DNA of 64,000 nucleotides from Pseudobacteroides sp. (lineage in GTDB: Bacteria; Bacillota; Clostridia; Acetivibrionales; DSM-2933). Positions 36,201-45,389 of this stretch are shown in pieces. Position 1 is the stretch's first letter, and each line of letters opens with the position of its first letter. Location: positions 1 to 64,000 of the forward strand of contig DAOOVO010000002.1 of NCBI GenBank assembly GCA_035370245.1. Direction: 5' to 3'. A program made the position numbers and the translations under genes. The notes beneath the pieces were generated by a model. The model saw only the letters and a program-made list of their open reading frames with translations, did not search any database and was not told the DNA's origin.

Positions 36201-37965
36201 GTTCATTGTTTATTTCAATTCCGGCTAAATCAGGTGCTTTAGATAAATAGGAAACTGCCGCCGCCAGTTTTTTTGCAGTATCAATGTTGTGAGGTGCTTC
36301 AAGATTTAATAACCTCGCAGTATTCTCACTTTCGGTAATCAATGCATCAAGATTCTTTTGTGCATCACTAATAAGCTCATTGAGTTTGGGTTCTTCAGTG
36401 GGAAGATAGGATTTTCTCTTACTTCCCCAAAAGGGATGCTTTACAGGCATTCCCATGGCCTTAAGATGAGCATCATAATCCTTTACAAGGGATTCTTTTC
36501 TAATATAATCATCCTTTTTCCAATTCTCAATATCTCTAAAATTGATATTAGGAAATGTTAAGTCGGGATATTCTCTCTTTAACCGCAAAAATGCACCGAA
36601 AAGCTGTATGGGTGTCATATAGCTTTCTCTTACGGGAGTGTTTAATGCTTCGCTGTATGCATTGAGTTTATCCCTGCTTTCTAAAAGAATGTTTCTTTCA
36701 GAGCTTATATCGTCCAGCTTAGGTTCACCCAACCCATACACTCTCTTTAGCTCAGCTAAAAGTGCCTTTTTATTTGATTTCTGGCTGTGAAGCTCCAAAC
36801 AGGCATCCCCTAAGCCTATTTTATCCAATCTCCTTTTAACCACTTCCAAAGCAGCCATCTTTTCCGACACAAACAGCACTTTCTTACCGGCATCAATGGC
36901 ATCAGCTATTATATTTGTAATGGTCTGCGATTTTCCTGTACCGGGTGGCCCTTGTATAACAAGGTTGTGACCTGCTTGAACATCAGTCAACGCCAATATT
37001 TGGGTACTATCGGCATCCACAACATGGTTTATTTTTTCAGGACTTAAAAACTTATCAATTTGCTCGTTCTCTGAAATTCTGTTGCCATCATCCTTAAAAC
37101 CTGATCCAAGCAAAGCACCTAAAATACTGTTGGCATCAGGCTTTAAGTCATCAGGCCATAAATCCGGATCAAGATCCTTATACATAAGGTATTTACCAAA
37201 AGAAAAGAATCCAACACATATAAAGTCAGATTCTATTCTCCATTCCGGAAATCTTTGGATAGCCTGGCCCATACTTTTCATATACTCCAAAATGTCCAGG
37301 TCTTCAAAATCCTCTAAAGATGGAATTGTAATTTTATATTCAGTCGAGAGCTTTTTAACAAGGGACAGATTCTCTTGAATTTCTTCGCCTGTATATCTGA
37401 GCCTGAAAAGCTCTCGACCATTAGTTCTTACCAGTTCAACAGGTACAAGTATACAGGGTGCACAAAGCTCCTTGCCGTTACTTCCGTCTTCTTTATACCT
37501 GAGCATACCTAATGTAAGAAAAAGGTTGTTTACTCCCTGCTCTTCAATAAAAGTCCTGGCAGCATAAAATGTGTTTAACAGCCTTGTTTGGAGCTCCTTT
37601 TCAGCATATGGTGTTTGAAGCCTGTTATCCTTTAAAGTCTCTTGCTGAGAATCCTGTTTTGATTCTCTTTCTTCATCCTGACGAGTCTCACTATCCTTTT
37701 CAAGCCTAATTCTGTAAGGTTTCTCCTTTTCTGATTTATCCTTATCAATGAATTTATCAAATCCATCTTTTGCAGGATCAAACAGCAATGACTTTTCTTC
37801 TTTTACAATGATATTATATATCTCTATCGATTGCTCATTAATTATTTCAACGCCTTTTGATTTAAGCGGTCGATAATTTAAAAAAGGATTCTTCAAGCTT
37901 AAGTCCAACAACTCAATTCTTGACTCTTCAAGCTTTCTTCTTACAGCTTCTGCCACTAATGTCAC
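33238..37965 (-). CDS. 1575-aa Upf1-like SF1 helicase (AAA_11/AAA_12) fused to Vsr-like DUF559 endonuclease and DUF3320-like C-terminus; DUF4011-type N-terminus
   Basis: Walker A 'GPPGTGKSQT', motif VI region 'GERRLNVLISRARLRCEVF', nuclease core 'GFYIDLAVVD...ILGIECDGASYHS...DRLRQSVLEDKGWNIIRVWSTDWF'. Confidence 0.8.
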   Translation of the reverse strand: MTLVAEAVRRKLEESRIELLDLSLKNPFLNYRPLKSKGVEIINEQSIEIYNIIVKEEKSLLFDPAKDGFDKFIDKDKSEKEKPYRIRLEKDSETRQDEERESKQDSQQETLKDNRLQTPYAEKELQTRLLNTFYAARTFIEEQGVNNLFLTLGMLRYKEDGSNGKELCAPCILVPVELVRTNGRELFRLRYTGEEIQENLSLVKKLSTEYKITIPSLEDFEDLDILEYMKSMGQAIQRFPEWRIESDFICVGFFSFGKYLMYKDLDPDLWPDDLKPDANSILGALLGSGFKDDGNRISENEQIDKFLSPEKINHVVDADSTQILALTDVQAGHNLVIQGPPGTGKSQTITNIIADAIDAGKKVLFVSEKMAALEVVKRRLDKIGLGDACLELHSQKSNKKALLAELKRVYGLGEPKLDDISSERNILLESRDKLNAYSEALNTPVRESYMTPIQLFGAFLRLKREYPDLTFPNINFRDIENWKKDDYIRKESLVKDYDAHLKAMGMPVKHPFWGSKRKSYLPTEEPKLNELISDAQKNLDALITESENTARLLNLEAPHNIDTAKKLAAAVSYLSKAPDLAGIEINNELWKINEYEINKTINAGLMIQKIKKEYGNTIIPHAWNSNVSEVRQILNIYRGKWWRFLSGKYRRAKSTLMGLCQNGLPQNYNEWISICDAIIEYQINIKIIDGEKDNIKSLFGSLFKGEESSWEDIKTKADWIISLYRNVQDGTVPSDLIMQRAYWLAIKDIVTDKLESLLRKFIDSMNNLSIFLELDTIKSFPPSGDLKEIDFTAQKDRIDLWKGNLSKTQDMVVFNHMNDALIKESLEGLVDYSLNVEPHGTSLDIILQHNWYECLLNIAFRERPAIAEFAKDKHESVVKRFQDYDRLLIKHNQIRLAKKHWDNMPKGSGDTGQLGVLLWEFQKKSRHLPIRKLMLKAGNAIQAIKPVFMMSPISIANFLPPEGLRFDLVIFDEASQVRPVEAFGALMRAKQAVVVGDSKQMPPTSFFEQTVTPEGEDDDDYSTADVESILALFEAQKAPQRMLRWHYRSRHESLIAVSNYEFYDNKLVVFPSPHNTSKKMGLVYNFVKDGAYDRSNTRVNLPEAKLVAQRVIEHFKSSPELTLGVAAFSMSQMQAIIDEIELLRRKDLSIEPFFNMHPHEPFFVKNLENVQGDERDVIFISVGYGKTKEGYLAMNFGPLNNDGGERRLNVLISRARLRCEVFTNLAPEDIDLSRTNARGVKALKTFLTYARDGNLNIPIETGRESDSPFEEEVYKSLTDLGYSVRKQVGCAGFYIDLAVVDPKDNNRYILGIECDGASYHSARSARDRDRLRQSVLEDKGWNIIRVWSTDWFRNPKDQLKRLIEAIEKAKVVGLKNKSDVADTIVIERSDNSVSNKEETVNRYVVAEIPFIDEEEIYKPEKLVPYIEKIVKVESPVHILEVTRRVISNSKLTKTGSSIQRSVNDACAILSRDGRIVINGDFLWCASMKVPVVRDRSDLPSASRKIELISKEEIAEAIISSIKESFGLERSQVATVSCQKLGFQRVNEDIKVYMDKIVDEMLKDGRLKQNGSYLGI

Positions 37966-38040
37966 TCCCCAAAAATAAGGTTATATTATCTATAAATTAT
38001 ACTACATGTTGGGGAATGATTAAAGAATTACGGCAACAAA

Positions 38041-40562
38041 TTATTCAGTTTGCATATAACCAAATTTTCGTGCCAGTTTTATTATATCCGACATATTAAC
38101 GGTACCGTCTAAGTTTATGTCACATTTCTTATCAAAGCCTTCATCATTCTTAGTTAAGCCAAATACTTTAGCTATAAGAACAACGTCAGCCATGTTAACC
38201 GACCCGTCCTTATTGATATCTTCAATAATTGATTCATTTATTAGCTCTGAAACATCAAGATAATATGTAACCCATGACAATGCTGCATTTAAATTTATTT
38301 TTACTTCATTGGTAGACCAGGATTCCACATCATCTACATAACATTTCTGTGCTGGTGCACGATTTTCTCTTAGCTTTCTAGCAATTTCATCCTGACATCC
38401 CGAGTTTGGCCCACCTGTTAGAAAACCTGGCGGTACCGGAGGAAATGACTCGTCATACTGATTACAGAAAAACCTATGGTGAGGATTCTTTAACGTATTT
38501 TCTCCATATCCCGACACATATGACTTAATCATTGGATTACGTCCTAAAAGATAATCCATGCACTCAACCATTCCGTTAAAATACTTTTCATCACCGCATA
38601 ATTCATATGCATACGCCATTACAATTGCTTTATTAATAATATAAGAGTTGGAATCTATTGGATATCCTGTTATTCTATCATCATTACCGAAAAATTTATC
38701 AATATACTCAGTTTCAACTAAGGGTATCCTATAACCTTCTTTTTCCTGTATCTCAATACAGTCATCTGCTGCCTCCCTTATACTTGCAACTGCTTGAGGG
38801 AACTCCTGCCCCTTATGAAGAGCAAGTGTAAGAGTGCCCAATCCCCCTGTAGCACATCTGTCAAAGCACCCGCTCAAACCTTCAAATTCACCTGTAAGTA
38901 CAACGGGCATCTTTTGGCTTTCCTCATAACCTTCAAGATCTGTAAGATATTCTTCTTCTCCGGTTGTAACATACAATTCACAAGCGGCCCAGTAGAAGTC
39001 ATCTTCAACATAGTTATCGCCATATGATAATGAACCTTTCTCAGCACTATATGGATAGAATATTGCCGGATTTGCCTTGGCAGCCTCGTAGGCTCTCTTG
39101 GAAGCATTCAAACATTTAGCGGAAAATTCAGCATCAATGTCTTTCCATATGCGTGCAGCCTGGGCAGCACATGCAGCTAGATTTAGTGTTGCCGCTGTTG
39201 TGGGAGCATAGTATAACCTTTTCTCGGTATCCTGATCAGGGCGGATCGCCAATGAAGTCCAATTTTCATCTCCCACCTTATGGATTGCCATCCCTGCTCT
39301 GTCATATCCTTCAGGAATTTGCATCTTAAGCATCCATTCCATTTCCCAGCGTGTCTCATCAAGTAAATCGTTAATTTTGTTTCCGCTCTCAGGAATATTC
39401 AGCCTACCGTCACCAAAAATATCATCTACACCGTATTTTTTACTGTGCTCATATTGGTTCTGAAGTATCCACAAGGTTAAACCGCCATTTACCATATACT
39501 TGCCATGGTCTCCCGCATCATACCAGCCACCGGTAGCATCAATGCTTTTAGGCCCTGTATAGTCTTTCACAGAGGCAGGTACAACTATATCTTCTTTATG
39601 TCCTGCCGGCCTGGACCAAACACTCTCCACACAGTACGGCATTTTTATCTCCAAACCGCTTCTTGCATGATAAAAATATTTCAGTGCATCATACTTCATA
39701 TTTGTATATATATATCAGTTCCTATGTCAAATGGAAAACTTTCAGCATTTCCTGCTACCAGATAGTAATCTTTACCAGGTATTGTATAGCTGGAAAAATC
39801 GATTATTTGAACATATTCACCTGCTGCATGGTCTGGTCCAAATACTGTTGTATTTCCGGAAGCAACAACATTTCCATCCTTATCCATTAAGTCCCATTTT
39901 TGAGGTTCTCCTGGGGTGCCATAAACCTTCAAAACAGCCTTTTTTGTTGCATTAGGAAGATACCCCAACTGATTGACACGGATATCCTTAACAAGCGGTG
40001 TTGCCGTGGGATTTGGTGTACGACATGTATAATCATCCAATGACATGGATATAAACTTAACTTCAATCGGTAGAGATAGAGAATTTATCAGCTCTCCCCC
40101 AAGCTGGAAAGCAAACTCAGCATCTTTATATGTTTTGTCAGCAATAAAAGTATCTTCCACTGTAAATACCTCGCCAGCTTTAATAGAAAATGTATTTCAT
40201 TTGTTATTCCAAACTTCTTCATATGGCTCACCGACGTCACCTATTTTTACATAAATCTTGGTATCCTTATCGGCTGTTACAGAGAATTTAACTCTATACT
40301 GGTAGCCCGAATAAATGGTTAAATCTCTGTGTCTTATCTGTACATCCCTTCTATTAGTGCCCTTGTTATCGATATGAACAACAAAATTTCCATCCTTGAT
40401 AGAGGCAGTAGCATTAGCTTCATCAGATTGGCTCAATTGCCAAGGCAGACTTACACCTCTTTTAAAATCTGTTGTTTGAAGCATTTCTGCTGCATTGCAT
40501 GATACCTTTAACACAAGCATCACCAGAAACGTCAAGCCCATTACAACTAACTTTTTATACAT
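38041..40562 (-). pseudogene. family-9 glycoside hydrolase (signal peptide-CBM-Ig-GH9-dockerin) disrupted by an in-frame TGA and a (TA)n frameshift
   Basis: three consecutive ORFs: SP+CBM-like (40197-40562), Ig-like (39696-40160), GH9 catalytic 'GGWYDAGDHGKY' ... 'WSTNEVKINLNAA' plus type-I dockerin (38041-39699); ORF1 and ORF2 are in the same frame, separated by TGA at 40197-40199; ORF2/ORF3 frames differ across (TA)5. Confidence 0.7.
39705..39715. repeat. (TA)5T dinucleotide run at the Ig/GH9 frame break
   Basis: removing one TA unit fuses the Ig and catalytic ORFs, giving '...GTDIYTNMKYDALKYFYHARSG...'. Confidence 0.6.
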
Positions 40563-40770
40563 ATAAATTCCCCCTTACTTTATTTATATATAAAGTTTAT
40601 ATTTAAGCTTAAGTATTGTTTATTATATAATTCAAAGACATTGTCCCAAAATGCAAAAAAAGTCGAATAAATGCTAATTTCACATTTATTTTATCAATTC
40701 ATAAAATTCAAATCAATTGCATAATTGGTTAATAAGTTACAATTATTGTTGAAATAAAAATAAAAATAAA

Positions 40771-40808
40771 AAGACATTTGCTAATATTTAATATCTAGGA
40801 AATGTCTG
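40771..40808 (-). terminator. terminator-like hairpin (copy A of duplicated intergenic segment)
   Basis: AGACATTT...AAATGTCT stem with A-run on plus strand (U-run on minus transcript). Confidence 0.45.
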
Positions 40809-40886
40809 TTATAATAGCATTTAAAAAATTAACAACAAATGAGTAATAATGTATTTTATATAAAGTTGATATATTTATATTTAAAC

Positions 40887-41141
40887 TTAAGTCTCGATCA
40901 CATCTCCAAAGCTTAGAGCCAGTTTAACTATATCAGACATATTAATTACACCGTCATTATTTAAATCACATTTGTTATCAAACCCGGATTCACCATTTGA
41001 TAAGCCGAATACCTTCGCCACCAATACAACATCTGCCATATTAATTGAACCATCTTCATTTATGTCCTCAATAACTATATTAGGAGAATAATTTTCTATT
41101 GAATCAATAAAAAATGTAACCCATGCCAATGCTGCATTCAC
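40887..41141 (-). pseudogene. dockerin-encoding 3' remnant of a tandemly duplicated cellulase paralog
   Basis: 84-aa ORF ~80% identical to the C-terminus of the GH9 gene; 41131-41177 matches a 47-bp internal piece of the CBM-coding region; promoter and SP-coding part deleted. Confidence 0.55.
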
Positions 41142-41245
41142 CAGATTCGCTCAAATGCCAAGGCTGACTTACTCCACCCGTAAAAAAACAATTGCATAAT
41201 TAGTTAATAAATTACAATTATTGTTATAATAAAAATAAACATAAA

Positions 41246-41290
41246 AAGACATTTCCTAATATTTTTAATATCTCGGAAATGCCTTTTATT
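41246..41290 (-). terminator. Rho-independent terminator of tyrS (copy B of duplicated segment)
   Basis: GGCATTTCC...GGAAATGTC stem followed by UUUUU on minus strand. Confidence 0.6.
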
Positions 41291-41325
41291 ATGGTATATT
41301 TATAAAATTATACAATAAATAAGTA

Positions 41326-42549
41326 TTAATCTATCTTAATTTTTGCAAATTTTCTTTTTCCTACCTGAATTACATCGCCATCTTTTATTTCGATATCTCC
41401 ATTGGCCTGATCATACTTTACCTCGTTAATCTTGAGTGAACCCTGTGAAATAAGCCTTCTCGCCTCACTATTGGACGGTGCAAGTCCGGTTATTGCAAGA
41501 AGCTTTGGTGCCCATATCTTGCCGTCTGTAAGATCCGACGACTTTATAATTACCTCTTCAATATCATCAGGAATGGCACCTTTCTGGAATACCGATTTAA
41601 AGTGCTCTTCAGCCTTCAATGAAGCTTCATTTCCATGATATAGAGCCACAATCTCCCTTGCAAGCTTCATTTTAAGATCTCTTGGATTTACCGTATTGTT
41701 ATTAAGCTGCTGTTTCATAACCTCAATTTCATCGGGGTGAACATCTGTAACCAGCTCATAATATCTTATAATCAACTCATCAGGAATTGACATTGTTTTT
41801 CCGTATATATCATTAGGCTCTTCATTGATACCTATATAGTTGCCTAGACTCTTGCTCATTTTCTTTACGCCATCGGTACCTTCAAGTATGGGCATGAATA
41901 AACCTATTTGCACATCGTTTTGGCCGTATTCCTTCTGGAGTGTTCTGCCCATAAGTATGTTAAACTTCTGGTCGGTTCCTCCAAGCTCTACATCTGCCTT
42001 AAGCTCAACAGAATCATAACCCTGCATCAAAGGATAGAAAAATTCATGAATGGATATGGGAAGATTGGATGTAAATCTCTTTTTAAAATCCTCCCTTTCA
42101 AGCATTCTTGCAACAGTGTATTTTGCAGAGAGCTTTATGACATCAGCAAAGTTCAATGGCTCCAGCCATTCACTGTTGAACCTCACAATTGTCTTTTCCT
42201 TGTCTAAAATTTTAAAAATCTGCGACTTGTATGTTTCTGCATTTTTTAGTACTTCTTCCCTGGTAAGCTGTTTTCTTGTTTCGGATTTTCCTGTAGGGTC
42301 TCCGATCATACCTGTATAGTCACCGATTATTATAATCACCTGATGACCAAGATCCTGAAATGCTTTGAGCTTTCTCAGCACTACGGTATGTCCTAAATGT
42401 ATGTCCGGTGCGGTTGGATCGAGACCTAATTTTATGATAAGAGGTTTATTTTCCTTCTCCGATTTTTTGAGTTTTTCCAAAAGCTCATTTTCACTGATTA
42501 ATTCAGCAACACCTTTTTTTATAATTTTCAACTGCTCATTAACATCCAT
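41326..42549 (-). CDS. tyrS: tyrosine--tRNA ligase
   Basis: class I HIGH 'DIHLGH', 'KMSKS', C-terminal S4 domain; 407 aa. Confidence 0.9.
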   Translation of the reverse strand: MDVNEQLKIIKKGVAELISENELLEKLKKSEKENKPLIIKLGLDPTAPDIHLGHTVVLRKLKAFQDLGHQVIIIIGDYTGMIGDPTGKSETRKQLTREEVLKNAETYKSQIFKILDKEKTIVRFNSEWLEPLNFADVIKLSAKYTVARMLEREDFKKRFTSNLPISIHEFFYPLMQGYDSVELKADVELGGTDQKFNILMGRTLQKEYGQNDVQIGLFMPILEGTDGVKKMSKSLGNYIGINEEPNDIYGKTMSIPDELIIRYYELVTDVHPDEIEVMKQQLNNNTVNPRDLKMKLAREIVALYHGNEASLKAEEHFKSVFQKGAIPDDIEEVIIKSSDLTDGKIWAPKLLAITGLAPSNSEARRLISQGSLKINEVKYDQANGDIEIKDGDVIQVGKRKFAKIKID

Positions 42550-42673
42550 AGCTTAATAAGTCCTCCCGAAATCATATGTATTAAATAAAATCAATTTCTC
42601 TATATTTTATCACTTAAGCCATTTAAATTCCAGTATTTTTCCCTGAAATTAATCATTCTCTGTATCTATAGAC

Positions 42674-43771
42674 CTATAACCTGCAATCTGAATTAATATG
42701 TCTAAAGTCAACAATCAATTGCTCACGTATTCTTTTTAAGCCTTCCTTTATAGCCCTGGCCCTTATCTCACCTATTCCTTCAACAGTATCAAGTTCATCT
42801 GAAGAAGCTTTTAAAATACCCTGCAGATTCATAAACTTTTCTAAAAGTTTATTCATAATGGCCATAGGCAATCTGGGTATCATGCTCATAATCCTGAAGC
42901 CTCTGGGTGTGACATTCATGGCAACTGTGCTATCTTTGTACCCAAGCTTAGTGTATATGTTTGTCAGGTCTAAAAGCTCATCGTCATCAAACATCCTGAT
43001 GGTAGCCAGTATATCATCTGAAGTTTTTGTCGGATCATTTCTAACCATATAATCTTCTATAACCATGCGAGCATCTTCTTCAACATTAACAAGCAGTTCT
43101 TCGAGCTGCATCCTTATTAATCGTCCTTCATTTCCAAGCTCGCAAATATACCTGTCAACTTCATCCACTATCCTCATAACCATTTCCGTTCTCTGTATAA
43201 CATAAGCTACATCATCCAATGTAACATTGTCTTCAAACTCAAGCACACTTAAATTTCCCAATGCATTGATGAGTACGGAGTTATATTTTTCCAGGGTCTG
43301 AAGGGCTTGATTGGCTCTTGCAAGCAGCATGGACGTATCTTTGAGCACATACTTGCAGTCTCCTTTAAAAAGAGTAATGAGACTCCTCCTCTGGGATATG
43401 CATATTACAATTTCTCCTGTCTGTTTCGCTACCCTTTCCGCACTCTTATGCCTTGTACCTGTTTCATTTGTAGGAATAGAGGGGTCGGGTATTAAAAGTG
43501 CGTTAGCATATAGAATTTTCTTAGCATCCTTGCTTATTATTATTGCACCATCCATTTTGGCAAGTTCATAGAGATGTGCCGGCGAATATTCCTTATTGAT
43601 ATAAAACCCGCCATCAACAAGGCTCAAAACATCATAAGAATCACCAATAACAATTAGTGCTCCCGTTCTCGCCTTTAAAATGTTTTCCAATCCATCTCTC
43701 AAAGGTGTTCCCGGTGCAATAATCTTCAAAATCTCCATAAGCTCGTTATCTTTCAATCTGTCTTCCCTCAT
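42674..43771 (-). CDS. disA: DNA integrity scanning protein DisA (diadenylate cyclase)
   Basis: DAC domain 'DGAIIIS...TGTRHKSAERV', linker, C-terminal HhH 'GIGEIRARAIKEGL'. Confidence 0.9.
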   Translation of the reverse strand: MREDRLKDNELMEILKIIAPGTPLRDGLENILKARTGALIVIGDSYDVLSLVDGGFYINKEYSPAHLYELAKMDGAIIISKDAKKILYANALLIPDPSIPTNETGTRHKSAERVAKQTGEIVICISQRRSLITLFKGDCKYVLKDTSMLLARANQALQTLEKYNSVLINALGNLSVLEFEDNVTLDDVAYVIQRTEMVMRIVDEVDRYICELGNEGRLIRMQLEELLVNVEEDARMVIEDYMVRNDPTKTSDDILATIRMFDDDELLDLTNIYTKLGYKDSTVAMNVTPRGFRIMSMIPRLPMAIMNKLLEKFMNLQGILKASSDELDTVEGIGEIRARAIKEGLKRIREQLIVDFRHINSDCRL

Positions 43772-43816
43772 TATTCCATCCTCCTATGGCTTAACCGCCA
43801 GGTTATTTGAAATAAT

Positions 43817-45178
43817 TTATAAAAGCAAATCCAATGCTTCTTTTACATTTTCAACTGTTTTTATTTGTATACCTTCAAGTTCCTTCATCTTCTTTATCAT
43901 ATTTTTATTTCCGGAAGGAATTATACATGTTTTAAAGCCTATTCGCTTAGCTTCCATAATCCTTTTATCTATATGGCTTACAGCCCTAACCTCACCCGTA
44001 AGGCCTACTTCACCGATCAAAACACTATCCGGATCAACTATCCTGTTTCTGAAGCTTGAAGCTATTGCTATTATTAATGCCAAATCACAGGCAGGTTCAT
44101 CAATTTTGATACCGCCTACAACATTTACATAAGCATCGAAATTGCCAAGCTGCATGCCTACCCTTTTCTCCAAAACAGCCATAAGCAATGTTATTCTGTT
44201 ATAATCGGTACCGGTTGCCATCCTTCTAGGCATACCGAAGTTTGTGGGGCTCACCAAAGCCTGTACTTCAATAAGCATTGGCCGAGTTCCCTCAATACTT
44301 GCCACCACCACCGATCCCGGAACATTTACCGGTCTTTCAGCCAGCATAACCTCTGACGGATTATCTATCTCAGCAAGGCCTGTATCCCTCATTTCAAAAA
44401 TGCCCAACTCGTTTGTTGAACCAAACCTGTTCTTAACAGATCTTAACACCCTGTATGTCATATGCCTGTCGCCCTCAAAGTACAAAACAGTATCCACCAT
44501 ATGCTCTAAAACTCTTGGTCCTGCAATCGCTCCCTCTTTTGTAACATGCCCAACAATGATTATGGATATTCCGTTGTCCTTTGCAATTCGCATAAGTTTT
44601 GCCGTTACTTCACGAACCTGACTTACACTTCCCGGAGCCGAAGTTATATCCTCGCTGAACATTGTCTGAATTGAGTCAATAATAACCAATCCGGGCTTTT
44701 CTTTTAATATCACCGATTCGATTATATTAAAGTTTGTTTCCGACACCATCAAAAGCCTGCTATTATTCACAGAAAGCCTGTCGGCTCTTATTTTTATCTG
44801 ACCTATGGATTCCTCACCTGAAAAATACAATATATTTGAATCAATGACTATACTGTTACATATCTGGAGAATCAGTGTAGATTTGCCTATGCCCGGATCC
44901 CCTCCAACAAGTATTAGAGATCCCTTAACCAGACCGCCTCCCAAAACCCTGTCAATTTCCTTGAAGCCAGTATGATAACGTTCCTCTGCCTGAGAATTGA
45001 CATCATTAATACTGACAGGCTTTATATCTCTGATATCCGAATTGGCATTCTTATATCCGCTTTTAATAATTTCTTCGACGAATGTATTCCACTGACTGCA
45101 AGCGGGACATTTACCCAGCCAGCCTGAAGACTCGTATCCGCATTCCTGACAAATGTACACTGACTTATTTTTTGCCAT
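43817..45178 (-). CDS. radA: DNA repair protein RadA (Sms)
   Basis: N-terminal C4 zinc finger 'CQECGYES...CPACSQW', Walker A 'GGDPGIGKST', 'KNRFG' motif, C-terminal Lon-like domain. Confidence 0.9.
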   Translation of the reverse strand: MAKNKSVYICQECGYESSGWLGKCPACSQWNTFVEEIIKSGYKNANSDIRDIKPVSINDVNSQAEERYHTGFKEIDRVLGGGLVKGSLILVGGDPGIGKSTLILQICNSIVIDSNILYFSGEESIGQIKIRADRLSVNNSRLLMVSETNFNIIESVILKEKPGLVIIDSIQTMFSEDITSAPGSVSQVREVTAKLMRIAKDNGISIIIVGHVTKEGAIAGPRVLEHMVDTVLYFEGDRHMTYRVLRSVKNRFGSTNELGIFEMRDTGLAEIDNPSEVMLAERPVNVPGSVVVASIEGTRPMLIEVQALVSPTNFGMPRRMATGTDYNRITLLMAVLEKRVGMQLGNFDAYVNVVGGIKIDEPACDLALIIAIASSFRNRIVDPDSVLIGEVGLTGEVRAVSHIDKRIMEAKRIGFKTCIIPSGNKNMIKKMKELEGIQIKTVENVKEALDLLL

Positions 45179-45330
45179 CCAAAACTCCCTCGCATCAAAA
45201 TTCTATAGTATAATTATCGGCATTCAGGCAAAAGAATATATAGGTATATATTGATTTTTACCCGAATTATTATACCACAAATATTTATAATATTTTATTA
45301 AATATTTTCAATCATTAAGCACAAAATAAT

Positions 45331-45364
45331 AAGGTTGAACCGAATTGTTCAACCTTTGTTTATC
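45331..45364 (+). promoter_or_regulatory. perfect 10-bp-arm palindrome/hairpin (AAGGTTGAAC-cgaatt-GTTCAACCTT + T-rich) in the 5' leader of the GT2 gene
   Basis: lies ~26 nt upstream of the RBS of the TTG-initiated glycosyltransferase gene; could be operator or leader attenuator. Confidence 0.35.
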
Positions 45365-45389
45365 ATATATTATACTGGAGGAATAAACG

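Noticed and set aside
42550-42673. Expected T-box leader upstream of tyrS
   Set aside because: Only ~125 bp separate disA and tyrS, too short for a T-box riboswitch and no antiterminator sequence visible; tyrS is probably read through from disA or has a simple promoter.
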